Of a stretch of DNA of 64,000 bases, positions 12,301 through 26,120 are shown in pieces. Under the pieces are notes generated by a model that saw only the letters and a list, made by a program, of their open reading frames with translations, was not told where the DNA came from and made no database searches. Positions within the stretch are counted from its first letter, which is position 1. The number at the start of each line of letters is the position of its first letter. The position numbers and the translations under genes are program-made. The DNA is from Tubiluchus corallicola (Eukaryota; Animalia; Priapulida): assembly GCA_030141605.1 (NCBI GenBank), contig JAQGDQ010000123.1:248001-312000 (forward strand), written 5' to 3'.

Positions 12301-15300
12301 ATGAGTCCCTGTGAGTGACAGGAAAGTAAGAAGGGCAGCCTAAAGAAGGCTCACCAAGTCAAGTTTGCACCAGCACATTTTGATCATTATAGCAGGTGTG
12401 AGTTATCAGAGTCTGCTTTTTTACAGGTAAGTGAACTGATTATTCCTACTGATGATACATCACGACAGGTGTTTTTTCTTAACACCTACCTACTGAATAG
12501 CAATGTGCCTTTGCTATTTCTGGGTCCAACAGGAACTGGTAAATCGGCTACAGTTAACAATTTTCTTGTGACTTTGCCGAAAGAAAAGTAAGTAGCATTT
12601 TAGTTACATCAAATGCTTTTACTAACTTCGCAGACAAGAGCAATTTTTATGTTCATACTGAATAAAGTCCATGCCGGATTAAGGCATAGGCTTTATGGGC
12701 TGCAGCCCATGGGCCTCCAGACATTAAGTGAAATTAATTTACAGTGAAAAGTTATTTAGTACTATTCGTAGTATATTTTATCATATAGGTTATTGTTAAT
12801 ATTTATTGTAATTTGTACGTAATGTTATTTAATATTTCAAAAACTTATTTAAATTTTTTTAAATATTAGAATATTTCTTCTCTTTTTTGTTGTGTTAATC
12901 TTGCATCCGTTTATGTGGGGCTAGTGTTGGCATTATGTTATTGAAATTGAATGAACTAGTTTAAACATTTCAACAGTCTTGCTTTTGTTATTTGTCACAA
13001 GGGGCTGGGGCCTCACAGTATCTGTAGCCCAAAAGCTTACAAAATCAAAATCCGGTCCGAAATTATAAAGTAATGCACAAAAAAGTTTGTAAGATTTGGT
13101 AAGAGAGGATGTTATTTGAATTTAAGATTTTGCTCTCTGCTAAATTAAGAATTTAAGTTGAATCACGCCATACACGTCTGATCTTTTAAAAACGTTCGAG
13201 AGGTGATATCTTTAGCCACATTGTCACCATGCTGAGAACTAGTTATTAAGTTAACAAGTATTCTGAAAACAACGCTGAAGGTACTTTTAATGTTAAGCGA
13301 TAATTTTAATGATATTGTTATCAGCAATGTCTAAACTACTTTTTGAAACCCAATCATATTTTGCATTCAGTGCTGCTTGAATTGTTTACATTTAATGTTT
13401 AGTATATGAAGGGCAACATTTTACAAGATTTCTTTTATCCATCCATTCTTAGGTCAGTGGAATCTTAATGCTGTTACCTGGTACATAATTTTTTTAGGTT
13501 TTTGCCAAACTGCATTAATTTTTCTGCGAGGACATCTTCCGAGCAAACTCAGGACATTATAATGTCCAAGCTGGACAGGTATTGTGTTTATTTATATTTT
13601 ACGCTAGCCATTTTTTATTAACAAATAGTTATTTAGTTTTGTTTGGAGCTAGTACTGTTTTGATGTTGAAATATCTCCCACTTGAGATTCAACTTCTAAC
13701 TGAAATAGCTTACAGTGTAGGTTAACTTGCAATCAGGACGGGATTACTCTATAGGTTAGTATAGGTTGCAGCCTAGGGCCCCTCGAGCGTGGGGGGGGGG
13801 GCATATTTTGCATTGCTGAATAAGTCATATGACTTAAATAAAATTTCAACTGTAAAAAACGTCAAAAAGTCTGAAAACTCAATTTTAAAAAAGTGGCACC
13901 TTTGAGATAAAGGACTCTTGGTTGAGGCCATTTATTTGAGATAAAGTGTCCTAGCTCGAGGTCCTTTATTTGATATATGAGCCTCCACCTATTTAGATGT
14001 CGCTAAAATTTATCACAAGAACGAATATTCAAGATGAGCAGGGTAAGGAGTGGCTCCATCTGAGGGGGCTGCATAATTTTCTTGGCCTAGGGGCACCATA
14101 AGATCATAATCCAGCCTTCTTTGCAATCCAAAACCTATATCAACCCTAGTGAAGCTTGTACTTTTGCAAAATCTTGAATCTTGTACAAACACACAGATTT
14201 CCCACTAGATCTTCACTTACATAAATGCTGTACAGATTTTAATCACACCACTAAAGTTTTCAGCAACTTATTTTGTGTTGGCTGTAATTGGGATGGGCAC
14301 TTAAATAGTTAATTTGGCCAAATCTCAAGTGGAAAAAGATCTGCTTAAATCAATATAATAAATTAATTTTTCCTGAATAATGTTAAAATTATGTACAATA
14401 AACGGTCATGAATAGTTTACGACATTTTTGATTGCCCACAATTCATTTATATAAGGCAAACATAGTGTGATGCTTTTCTTATTACAGAAACAGTAAAAAA
14501 ATGTTTATTGTAGGCCCTTTCACTATATTTGTACACAAAATTATTGTAAATGTGTTAGATGAAATAAATTACTTATAACTTATGACTGAACACTAATAAT
14601 TGAAGTCAGTCAGATTACCAGCTGTGAAAAATTCCAGAAGGCTGAAGACATATACAGCAGCAATCTGGTAGAGGTAAATGAAAGTCATTTTTGCATTTTG
14701 CACATAGTTAAAATTTCAATCTGCCATTTAAACTCATTTTCTTTATTTGGTTACCAGCCCAACAACATTTGATTTTTTCTGATACATTAATTTAAGGAAA
14801 GTCACACTCTTGCTAACAAGTCATATATCTTTTTATTTTCTTACCAGGCGCCGTAAAGGTTTGTTTGCTCCCCCTGTTGGTAAAAAGATGATTGTATTTG
14901 TTGATGACGTTAATATGCCAGCTAAAGAAAAATATGGAGCCCAACCTCCAATAGAGCTTCTTAGACAGGTAGCTTATATTTAATTATTAGCTTTACTTTA
15001 GTTCATTAAAGTAACATCCAAAACATGTGTATAGCTCAATGTGCCATCTACAATACTTTAGCACATGGCTGTCAATGCATGGGCACAGTAGGCAGTTGCC
15101 TTGGCCTCACAAGTACAGGAGCCCTATTCTAGTCTATATGTATTGTGACTTGCTGTCAATAAATAAATACTGTGCACTATACTAAATATAAATTGTGTCT
15201 ACCACTCTCTCCCTACATTGTACAGAAAAATAATGTCGGATGACTTGAAATCTGTGTTTCCCAATGCTGAAATTGCACTTAGAGAGTTCACGTGAATGGT

Positions 15301-18300
15301 ATTCATTTTCAAGACTGAAACTTTAAAAAAATCAGCTTTGTAGCACAGTGAGGCAGCAGCATTTGAACTGGCTTTCACTCATGAATAATGACATCCTGAA
15401 GACCATTGACTTCAAGCCAATTATAACTGAATTGTGTTGAACGTTTGATTAATAATAAATAATTTGTAGTAATCTCATACTTTGCCATCTCCGTCTGCGT
15501 GGTTTACTAATTGAGTATCATTTATGTGTTGGAATTTTCGTGTTTTTCAAGGCTCTTGTTGTATTGTACAAGTATTCCGTGTTATTTGTTATGTGTTGCT
15601 TATCTTTGCTGTACCGCATGTTTTTTAATGTTTAAACATTGATTTTGTTTATACGTTCCAATACAATAAAATTATACGTTTAATTTTATCGACCATTTAC
15701 ATCTATATTCCTGTGAATGGTTGTGTAGGTAGTGCATTGTTTTGCCCGAGGGCATATAATGCTGTTAAGATGGCCAAGCTTTAGCACTAGCTGCCCAACT
15801 ACCATTTTGTATGGATAATTGTTAGGATACTGTTTATAGTTTATTGATGTGATGTACATTTGCAACAATGTGAATCCCTTGGGACAGGGAAAGTTTTTTG
15901 TCAAATTAAGCTAGGTTAGTAGAAGAAAATTTAATTTGCACAAACTTAGTTCTGTTAGGTAAAAAAGCTTTTCAAGTCTGTGGAACTGTAACTGCAGGTA
16001 TTTGCAAAATTTTTGAAGGAAACTGCTATTGTAAATTTGTAGCTTAACCTTTTGTAAACTTGCAATGAATACCATCATTGCCTTTATAGATGTCTTTTAA
16101 AAGTATGGGAATCATATAATGAATAGCAATCTGAACTTTTTTAAATTTTCACATCAACTACAACCTTATTGCAACTGTTAGTTTTTAAGAATTACTATAT
16201 GTTATTAGCTTCTCTTTGTAATATTTAATATAAAACTGCATCTAGATACAGTTTGAGATATAACATTCGCATTTGTGAAAATAGCAGCTGCTATTTTTTA
16301 TGTTAATTTTTCACTAATGTGTTTTGTGCATTTAGATGATGGACCATGGTCACTGGTTTGATAGAAAAGATACGAGTGAGCTTCGACTTGCAGATGTTGT
16401 AAGTACTGAAAAAATTACAGTATTCCATAAACCACTTTATATGCATTCCGCAAAACTGGGATCAGTAAAACAATTATGTTCTTAGCAATGTAATAAGCCT
16501 TTTCACAATTCCAGCGATCGATGATGATCATAAAAAGGTCAAAGGTTAAGTGAACCAGACAACGCATTTGTGTACACTTGATAACGCCTTGCAAGCCCAT
16601 GTTATTGTAATAATATCAATTTTAACAGCTAGCTAAAACCTTACCTAGTTCATTTTTCTTGTTCATAAGCAAGATCCTACTAGCAAGTCATTCTACATCG
16701 CACAGACTAATGCTAATTAAATCCATGTAAAACAATAAGGAAATAACGTCGCAACTGAAGTTACTGAACTGATGTGGTAGACAGATTTGCTTTACCCACA
16801 TGTCACGTCGTGGTTGTAGTTAAGACGTATTGCTGGGGCATCACTTATCATTTGGCCGACCGCAACTGCTCATGCACACAGCAAAACTGTGAAAAGACTT
16901 GTACAATAGAACCTAAACGATTCTATGGGAAACTGTTGGTGACTTGCTGTTTTTACCATGTAGAGCTAGTGAAGCTTTTACTGACTTAATTTACAGGCAT
17001 TTGTCTATGCAATGGGTCCTCCCGGTGGGGGTAGAAATGAGGTCTCAAGCAGGTTCATACGACACATGAATATCATTTCCATAGATGAATTTAATGATGA
17101 AACAATGTCTCGTATATTTGGCATGATCATAGACTGGCACTTTGCACGAGGGTTTGATTCATTGTTTCGCCGACTTGGAAAGGTATATAATCATCTTTTT
17201 GTAACCTTTTTCTTGCATTATTGTAAATTCAGTTGTATTACATTTGTAAACTCGCTAACAGGAAACACCAGAACTGCACGAATTTAGCCAAAATAAGCTA
17301 TTTTATTCATAACAGTACAGATGTACTATGTAAACCAATGTTACAGAGGGGAGTGTTAGCACAATTGAACACATTTACAGCAATTGCATGTAAACAATCT
17401 AGTGTACAGAGTTTTTGTCCATTTTAAAACAACATGAACTTTGCAAAGCCTGCTGGCAATTAGATGCTGAAAAGTGTTTTTTTTACAATAATTTTTGCTT
17501 GCTTCTGTATTTATTAGGCGACATTTACCTTTTTCTTTAAATACTGAATATAAACACGAATACTTTGCATTTAATATAATATGTAAATTAATTATCATAT
17601 TTTGCACATCTTGTTTACATAGGTGGAACAACTTTCGAAGTTTTTTTGCGATTACGAAATTTGATTCATTTCACATTTATTGACATCATTATTTCGAAAG
17701 TAACTTCTAGCTTATACTAGTTGCATGTCGGAAAAATCTATCTGACACAAACCATCTCATTAAAATCTGCGCAACCACATAATGAATAGCTTAACTACAG
17801 TAAACATTTACTAGTTATAAAATCATTGCTATTTATTGGTCTGATTCGGCTTTGTCTAGTGCAAATTGTTGTACCGAGCCTGCACATGAGAGCGAGATGG
17901 GTTTGTCTGTCTGAAATAGAAAGTAAAGCTTGTTTAATAAAAATCTGTGCACCAAACTTTGTAAAACAACTTTTAATCAAGTGCGCAGTTAGGCAAAAGT
18001 TCGTGCAGGGTGAGACAAGTTGTTTCAAACAGATTTTATCTCATGTACGTATTGTATAAGAAGCAAAAAAAATCGTATTATGTGCTCATGTTTTGTGTTA
18101 ATTTTGACAGATGCTAATTCAAGCCACTATGTACGTCTACAAACAAGCAACTCTTAACTTTTTGCCAACTCCATCAAAGTCGCATTATGTGTTCAATCTC
18201 CGAGACTTCTCACGAATCATACGTGGAATTGTGCTTGTGGACAGCTCAAGGATGAGTGAGGGTAACAAGCTGGTTCGTCTTTGGGTGCATGAAGTTTACC

Positions 18301-21300
18301 GTGTTTTCTACGATCGACTGATAGATGATGCAGACAGGTAGAAGTCTAATTTCATTGTTTAAATAAGGCTCACTTCTTACTAACATTACTTGGAGATGTG
18401 TACCTCAGTTATCACCTAACACTACGAAGGTAACTTGAAAGTGAAGTAGTAAATTTGTTAGTTTTTAACTATTTTTAGTTGTTTTAGTGGACTTATTTTA
18501 AAGGAATGAGTTTGTCTTAGTTTTGCCTCTTAGTTAAAGCATGAACAATGTTTATAAAAGTTGATTTACATAATTTAATTTATAAACAGAGCCGTCTCAA
18601 CAACATTATAGGCCCCCAAGCAAAGCAGTGCAATGAGGCCCTACCTACTAATATTTTTTTATTTATTTGATATTTATTTATGTTAGCCATAACAAATTAA
18701 CACAATAATAATAAAAAAAGATACAACACAATAAAATACACTCACAGGTGTAAAAATTTTACTGGTTGATAAAATTAAAAATTTATTTTGGTACTTCCAA
18801 CAAAATCTGTGTTTAAACATTAAAAAACATGCTGTACAGGAAAGATTAATCAACACAAACATTTGAACAATATAACATGAGCCTTGAAAAACAAAAATTT
18901 AAACATTGACAGCAAGTCACGTATTGATATACATAGATTAGCATGGGGCCCCCGAGCAACTGCCCATGCATTAAGATGGCCTTTTTTATGAATACTGTAA
19001 ACCGTAAAATTTAATAAAAGTATAGTAAACAGTAAGTCCATCCTGGAAGTGTTCACGAATTTTGAGAATAAAGCAAGATGCAAACATTTACTGGTGCATA
19101 TATTACACTAATGTTTAGTCAAGATTGTTCTTTACAACAGCATGTCGGCTTTGTTTGATGATAGGTGCTAAATTTATAAAACCATAAAGCACTAGATATT
19201 GTTAGTAATTTAGCTGTTCCCACTCTTGTATTAATGATTAACTAATGAAAAACACCATTTACTTTTGTCACTTATTTTCACTCGGGTTATCACCTAGTAT
19301 TACCTGCCCACTAATGTAACAGAATGTGCTGACAAATTTGAAGTTTCTTGTATCCAATAATATCATTATTAATATAGTACATTATTGTGGAACTCTCACA
19401 GCACTTTGTTTAATGTGTCAAAAACCAAATGTCTATACTTTATCCCCAAAAAGATTCGAAATATTGTAGCTGGAAAAGTTTTTCTTAACCAATTAATGTC
19501 ATTAAAAGTGAAAAATATCTGTGGCACATATTATCTGATTATTATAGTGGTGACCAGTCAGATTATTTTAAGCAAATGCTAATTCATGAAGTAATAAATT
19601 ATGCATTATAGCACAAAAGAAATAACAAGTATTTTGTTCAAATCGTATTTCATAGGAATTTTTCGTAGCAGCATATGAATATCCTATAGTATTTCCTATC
19701 GTATATCCTATAGATATAATATTGCGATGCTCAAATCGGCATATAATGTTGCTCCTAGTAGAATTAATTAGGTACGAGAGCGTCTTATATATGTGCGCTT
19801 AATAAGGTTCCACACTTTAACATATTAATGAGGAAGAGCTGCTACAGCTTAAGAAATTGCTTTCTTGCTGATGAAAATGACATTATGATTAGTGGTTGTA
19901 TAAACTCTGATGCGTTATTTGAGTCACTATTTTTAACAACTGTCAAAAGATATTATATGATGATTTTAAGGTGTAAATTTTTAGGCATGGTACTTTTAAT
20001 ATGCATTTTAGATTTTTAGTTAATAAGTTTAATCTGTTTTACAAATAATTTTATGTGTGTTGTAAATAGATGTAATATGGTACTATGTGTATTGAATTAA
20101 CGTAAAATCTCAATCTTGCCTTACTGTGAAATAAAACCAGATATTTTTGAAAATCTTTAAACCTTATGTAATTTGCTTGGAATGTAGTGTTTCACATAAA
20201 TACCAATTCGTAAAAGCTTTAAAGTCTAGTTTGCAAAAAAATAGCTTGCACTTTTTTCTAGTTTATAATACTACTTATAGTCACACATATTTTTTACATA
20301 TTTCAGTGTAGCTTTCGTTTTTTTTTTGTGAATTCCATTCGTAGGGAATTTTAGGCATTTAGTTAGGACATGCAACTGGGTAACATTTTGCAAACAATTA
20401 TTATGGTTTCATGAATTTTACTGCATTAATGTGTTTCTTGACTAAGTTAATCGTTTTATACAGATTGCAGTTTTTTGACATTGTTCAGAAAGCTTGTGAT
20501 ACGTATTTCCGTGCAAACATTGACCGACTTCTTGGCCACTTAGCTGTGGAAAACCAATGTGTCACTGATGATGATGTGAGGAGTCTGATGTTTGGCGACT
20601 ATCTGCATCCAAGTAACGATCCAACTGAACCAAAATTGTATGACGAAGTGACTGACCTCAATGCATTGATTTCCTTAATGGAACAGTATGTGTAATTCTT
20701 GTTTGCTTTTGCATATATCAACTTCACTTGCTTACAATATAATCATTGGACAATATTTGTTTGTCCTTTCTGCTTTTGTTTTTAATTTAATATTAAATGT
20801 AATGTAAAAAAAATTATAATTTGTGTAAAAAACTAGTAAGTACTCTAGTACAAATTAGTTATATATCTGCTACTGTAGATGAAATGGTTTAGCTAATAGT
20901 ATAGAATACAAGCGGAGCTAAAAACTAGCAGAGAACCTGTCATTGTGACGATGAGCTTCTGTGTTTCCAAAAGAGGCTTGGCACAAATTCTTATTCAGTA
21001 ACTATTATGTTAAAATTAATTTTTTTGATTTATCTTTATTTCAAAAATTTAACTAATAGTTGATTTGAAACTTATTATTAATTAATAATGTGAAATTAAT
21101 TTAATTAGTATTAATTTATAAGGGACATGTTAATTTCCTGATTAAGATGCAAACACTTTATCTGACTATTTCCATTAAAATTTCATGTTAAGCTGCCACA
21201 GTAGCATTCATTTTCTATAACAATATGAACGCTGTCTACAGAATACTCATTTTTTTCTGTTTATTTATGCTGACTGTTATTTCATTGTATCTAGGTATCT

Positions 21301-24300
21301 AGATGATTATAATTCCTCCAGTAAAACACAAATGCCACTAGTTATGTTTAAATTTGCTATTGAGCACATCAGCCGCATTAGTAGAATTCTAAAACAGGAT
21401 GATGGGCATGCACTGCTAGTAGGTAAGCTCAACTCTTATCTTTGTCTGATACACAGAAATATGTACTATGTAGGGTGGAATAATATGCACTTTATATGAT
21501 GGGTGCAAAAATAACAATATTGGACTCATAATGATATATAAGGACCTGGATCACTATGCTGATCACTATTATTAAACGTGAATCCAAATGTCTAACTCCA
21601 GCTAAAATAAGCAAAACGTATATGGAACACGTGCAAATTAACTCACACGTACGAATTGAATTTAAACTTTAAATGAAATTGTTAATACTTCTTTTATGCA
21701 TTTGACAGTCCTATTTTTGTAGAGTGGACAAATGTTATTATATCCTATTCCTTTCATGTTTTTTTGCTTGAAATGACTGTATAATTGTTTGTAAATTTCA
21801 CTTAAATCTTATATTGATGTCCATGAAATGAAATACTGAAATCCATCTGTAATAAAATTGGCTAAAAACAGGAAGAACCATTAGAGATTAGGACTTGGAC
21901 CTCCTTGGAACATAGAGCTCCCTTCAATCTGTTAACTACTTACTGAATCCCGTCTGGGTTGGGATCTCACAGTGTCCCCTTCAATCTGTTAACTACTTGC
22001 TCAATCCCATCCTGGTTGGGGCCTCACAGTGTTTCCTTCAATCTGTTAACTACTTGCTCAGTTCCGTCCGGGTTGGGATCTCACAATGTTCCCCTCAATC
22101 TGTTAACTCATTCCCATCCTGGTTGCGATCTCACAGTGTCCCAATCTCATTCCCTTCAATCTCATTCTGCTCTTACAAAGTGATTTCTTTCTTATTTGTA
22201 TCTAATTTATTTACCCATCTGTATGGTACATGATACATGGCAGTGTTCTTAGAATACTCATTTTTTCTGATTCTAGAGGACTGACTCACATTTTATGAAT
22301 TTGTTCAGTACATATTTATATAATTTTCCGTGTTGTGATCTCTTTATGTTGTGCAACAAAAACAATTTTCTTTCGTGAAAAACAAATTGATCTCATCTTA
22401 TTTTATCTAATATGGCAGTGTGGGCTAGTCTACAGTGTAGAATTTTCAGCATAGTTCACTGTTCAGTGTAAGTTCGTTGCAAATAAACTTTTATTTTATT
22501 TTCTCCTTATTTTTTACAGCCATCACTGCTTAGAGCTGTGCTCATTTAAATATTTGTGTCAATGCACTGCATTCCTTTTATATAGTTTCCACTTGCCCCG
22601 GTATTGTTATTTATGTATACATGTATCCAAAGATAATGTGTGCCTATTTTTTTCTGTTTGTCAAATATTTTTTGTTTCCTAGGTGTTGGCGGAAGTGGGC
22701 GGCACAGTGCTACAAAACTAGCAACATTCATGGCTGGTTATCAGTTGTTTCAGATCCAAATCACTAGAACTTACACTACTGCTGATTGGAGAGAAGATAT
22801 AAAGCTGGTAAGGATGGCAAGAAAGTTCGGTTAGATTTGTGCTTATAATTCATTTCAATTTGCCTTTATTTCAGCATAAAACTGTCTATAACACAAAAAA
22901 ACGAATTACTATAGACAAAAATGCAAAAACTAATTAACAAAAAATTATTAAAATGTACCACCCACACCGTGTGACTGTAATTATCATTTTGCAATCTGTC
23001 ATTGGTATTTTTTATTCACTGAGATTCTATAACGTAAGTTATTCATAATATTTTTCAGTCACTTAGTCAGTATTAATATAGTTTTATTAGTCTGGCACTA
23101 ATAATTTGATATATTTAGTGGCTCACCTTTTTCAATTCTAAGTTCATTTTTAGAATTCATATATTACCACAATGTTTTCTTATCTAAAATTTTTAGGTAC
23201 TTCGAAAGGCAGGAACAGAAGGCAAGCCCATTGTTTTTCTGTTTAGTGACAACCAGATTAAGAACGAATCATACGTGGAAGATATTAACATGATACTTAA
23301 TACAGGAGATGTACCAAATCTCTACCCACCAGATGAAAAAGCTGAAATCATTGAGAAAATGCAAGCAATTGCAAAAAATGAAGTATGAAACTTGGCATGC
23401 AGCGTGCAATGTAGTTTTCCAAAACGAGTTTAATTACCAGTTGCAATGCTTGCTTTAAGCTGTGTTTTAAATTCTTGACTGTTGCTTCGTCGCTGTGTTT
23501 TTTACGCGATCTTTGGTTGTTTTCTCACTGTTTATTTTTGATAATCATGTGTGTTTATGATGCTGCAGCTTTTGATGTTTTTGCTTTTAATAAGAGCAGG
23601 ATTTTTTATTTAGCTAATTGCTAATCTGTAGCAGGTAAGATTTATTTACTAACTAATATTACCGTATGGAAATAGTTTGTTTATTAATTTGATAGCAAAA
23701 AAACTTACATTCCAACAGTTGTAATAGTGAAATTTGACCAGAGCTTTTTGATTAGAAGCTTTAGCCAACGTTATCAAAGACCAGTTGACTCAAAAGAACC
23801 CATTGGTCTTTGTGTCCAAGTCATGTAGTCATGTAGTTGGTCTGGGGAAAGTCTATTTTTTCTCCGTCATTTTTTTTGCTATTTTATAAATACCAAAATT
23901 CATTTAATTTAACTGCTAGGTGGTGTTTTTCTATTAAAATTAAACACATTTTTTGGAAACTCTGTTTGGTAATTCATTACCGACCAGTAAGTTTTTGTGT
24001 TTATAATTACATTTGTAACTTACTTCAGCTGATGTCGACACCTTGATGCACAAACTTTTTTTAACTTTATGTTTTTTTATTCAGTTATACATGTAATTGC
24101 ATTTATGGTTTACATACTGATGTGGGCTGGGAGCCCCATACATGAAAAAAACGCCGCAAATTGTACGGGCCATAAAGGGTTTTGACTGCATGCTAAATAA
24201 CTAATTCTTAACATTTACTTATCAGGGTAGGACAATCGAAGCTACACCATTAGCGATGTTTAACTTTTTCATCGAGCGTGTGCGAAAAAATTTGCACATT

Positions 24301-25917
24301 GTGTTCACCGTGAGTCCGATTGGTGACGCGCTCCGTAATCGACTACGGATGTTTCCATCACTTATAAACTGTTGCACTATTGACTGGTTTCAAGTATGTG
24401 TAAATATTTTTTATCTAAATTCGAACAGTAGTTAAAATTAGCAAGCAAATTTTTAAAGCTAAGTTTTTCTTCAGCTTAGAATGCAGATGTTTAATATTAT
24501 GCAAATAGTTCACTGAAAAGTAAAAAAAACTGTTTCCTTGATTTTGAAAAGTTTTAGTTTTAGTGCTTCTAATATCTGTCATATTATGATCTTATAATAT
24601 TCTTAAATTTGTTTCTAAGAAAACCAGATTGAGTCACTCATGAACATTAGACAATGCAGACAATGCAATGCAACCTGTGAAAATGACAAACTGAGCTTCT
24701 AATCAAATACCAAACAACAGTTTTTATGAGTAATCAAAAACAAAATGACTGGTTCACCTTTATTGTAGTTTGAGTAGCATGGTTAATAGAATTCGGCAAT
24801 AATAATATTGTGATCTAGTTACTAAATCACGTTCTTTAGGCCATGTTGTGTTTAGCATTCTGCTAAGGTAAACTTTTGCTGCAACTAGCAATTAAACTCG
24901 TAATGTGATGCACACTTTCATGTAGGGTTTCTCTGTCTTTGTTTTTGTCTTTAATACAATTCATTAAATTTCCATACCATTCATTTATTGTCTATTTGAT
25001 CAGGCTTGGCCTGAAGATGCATTGGAGATGGTGGCTCATAGATTCTTGACTGATTTAAACTTCCCTGAAGAACTGCACAACCACTGTGTTGAACTGTGTA
25101 AAATTTTCCATAGCAGCGTTAGAAAACAAAGTCAAAAGTACGTATTCTACTTACCATGCCTTCCTTTATGTAGCAGATTGTTTTGTTCGTCGTGTTTGAC
25201 TCGTTTTGCCCTCTTAATAGAACATCTATGTTGTGAATAATCCAAGTCAATTTGTGCAGGCTGTTGTTTTAATAATGGCTACTATGTTACTTGCATTGCA
25301 AAGGATTTTTCGTTTCAAAATACTACTAAATTTGGATAATTTTTTTTCTTTAATATGTCTAGTAAAGAATAAGTTCATAGTTATTTACAAGTTAAATGCA
25401 TCTTGTATATAATAGTCACAGTATAATATGTAAACACGTATAGAAAAATTTCAGCAAAAGTCTAGTGACTGTATTTCCTAACTATCAGGATGTAGAGTCT
25501 TGCTGTACAATTAAGTATACTGTATAGGAACAATAGGTGCAAAGAAAAAACTAGTTACTGACATGTTATTCTTAAACAATAGATATTTTGACATATTGCG
25601 TCGCTACAATTACGTTACTCCCACATCGTATCTTGAACTAATCCTTACATTTAAAACATTATTGCAACATAAGCGGGATGAAATTACATCCATGAAGAAC
25701 CGGTACATTGCTGGGATTGACAAACTGGACTTTGCTGCTTCACAGGTTCGTGTTGTTTAACACTTTGCTGAGTTACTTTTGCCAATAATGTGGACAATAT
25801 GTAATTCTGTTTTTTTTTCTGATGACCGATTTATGTTGTTTTATGATGGTACATAGTTATGAATTATCAAAACTATCAAAAAGTATTTTATTTTTGTTTA
25901 TTACATATTTCTATATC

Positions 25918-26014
<97 letters not shown>

Positions 26015-26023
26015 CCTCTTCCT

Positions 26024-26120
<97 letters not shown>

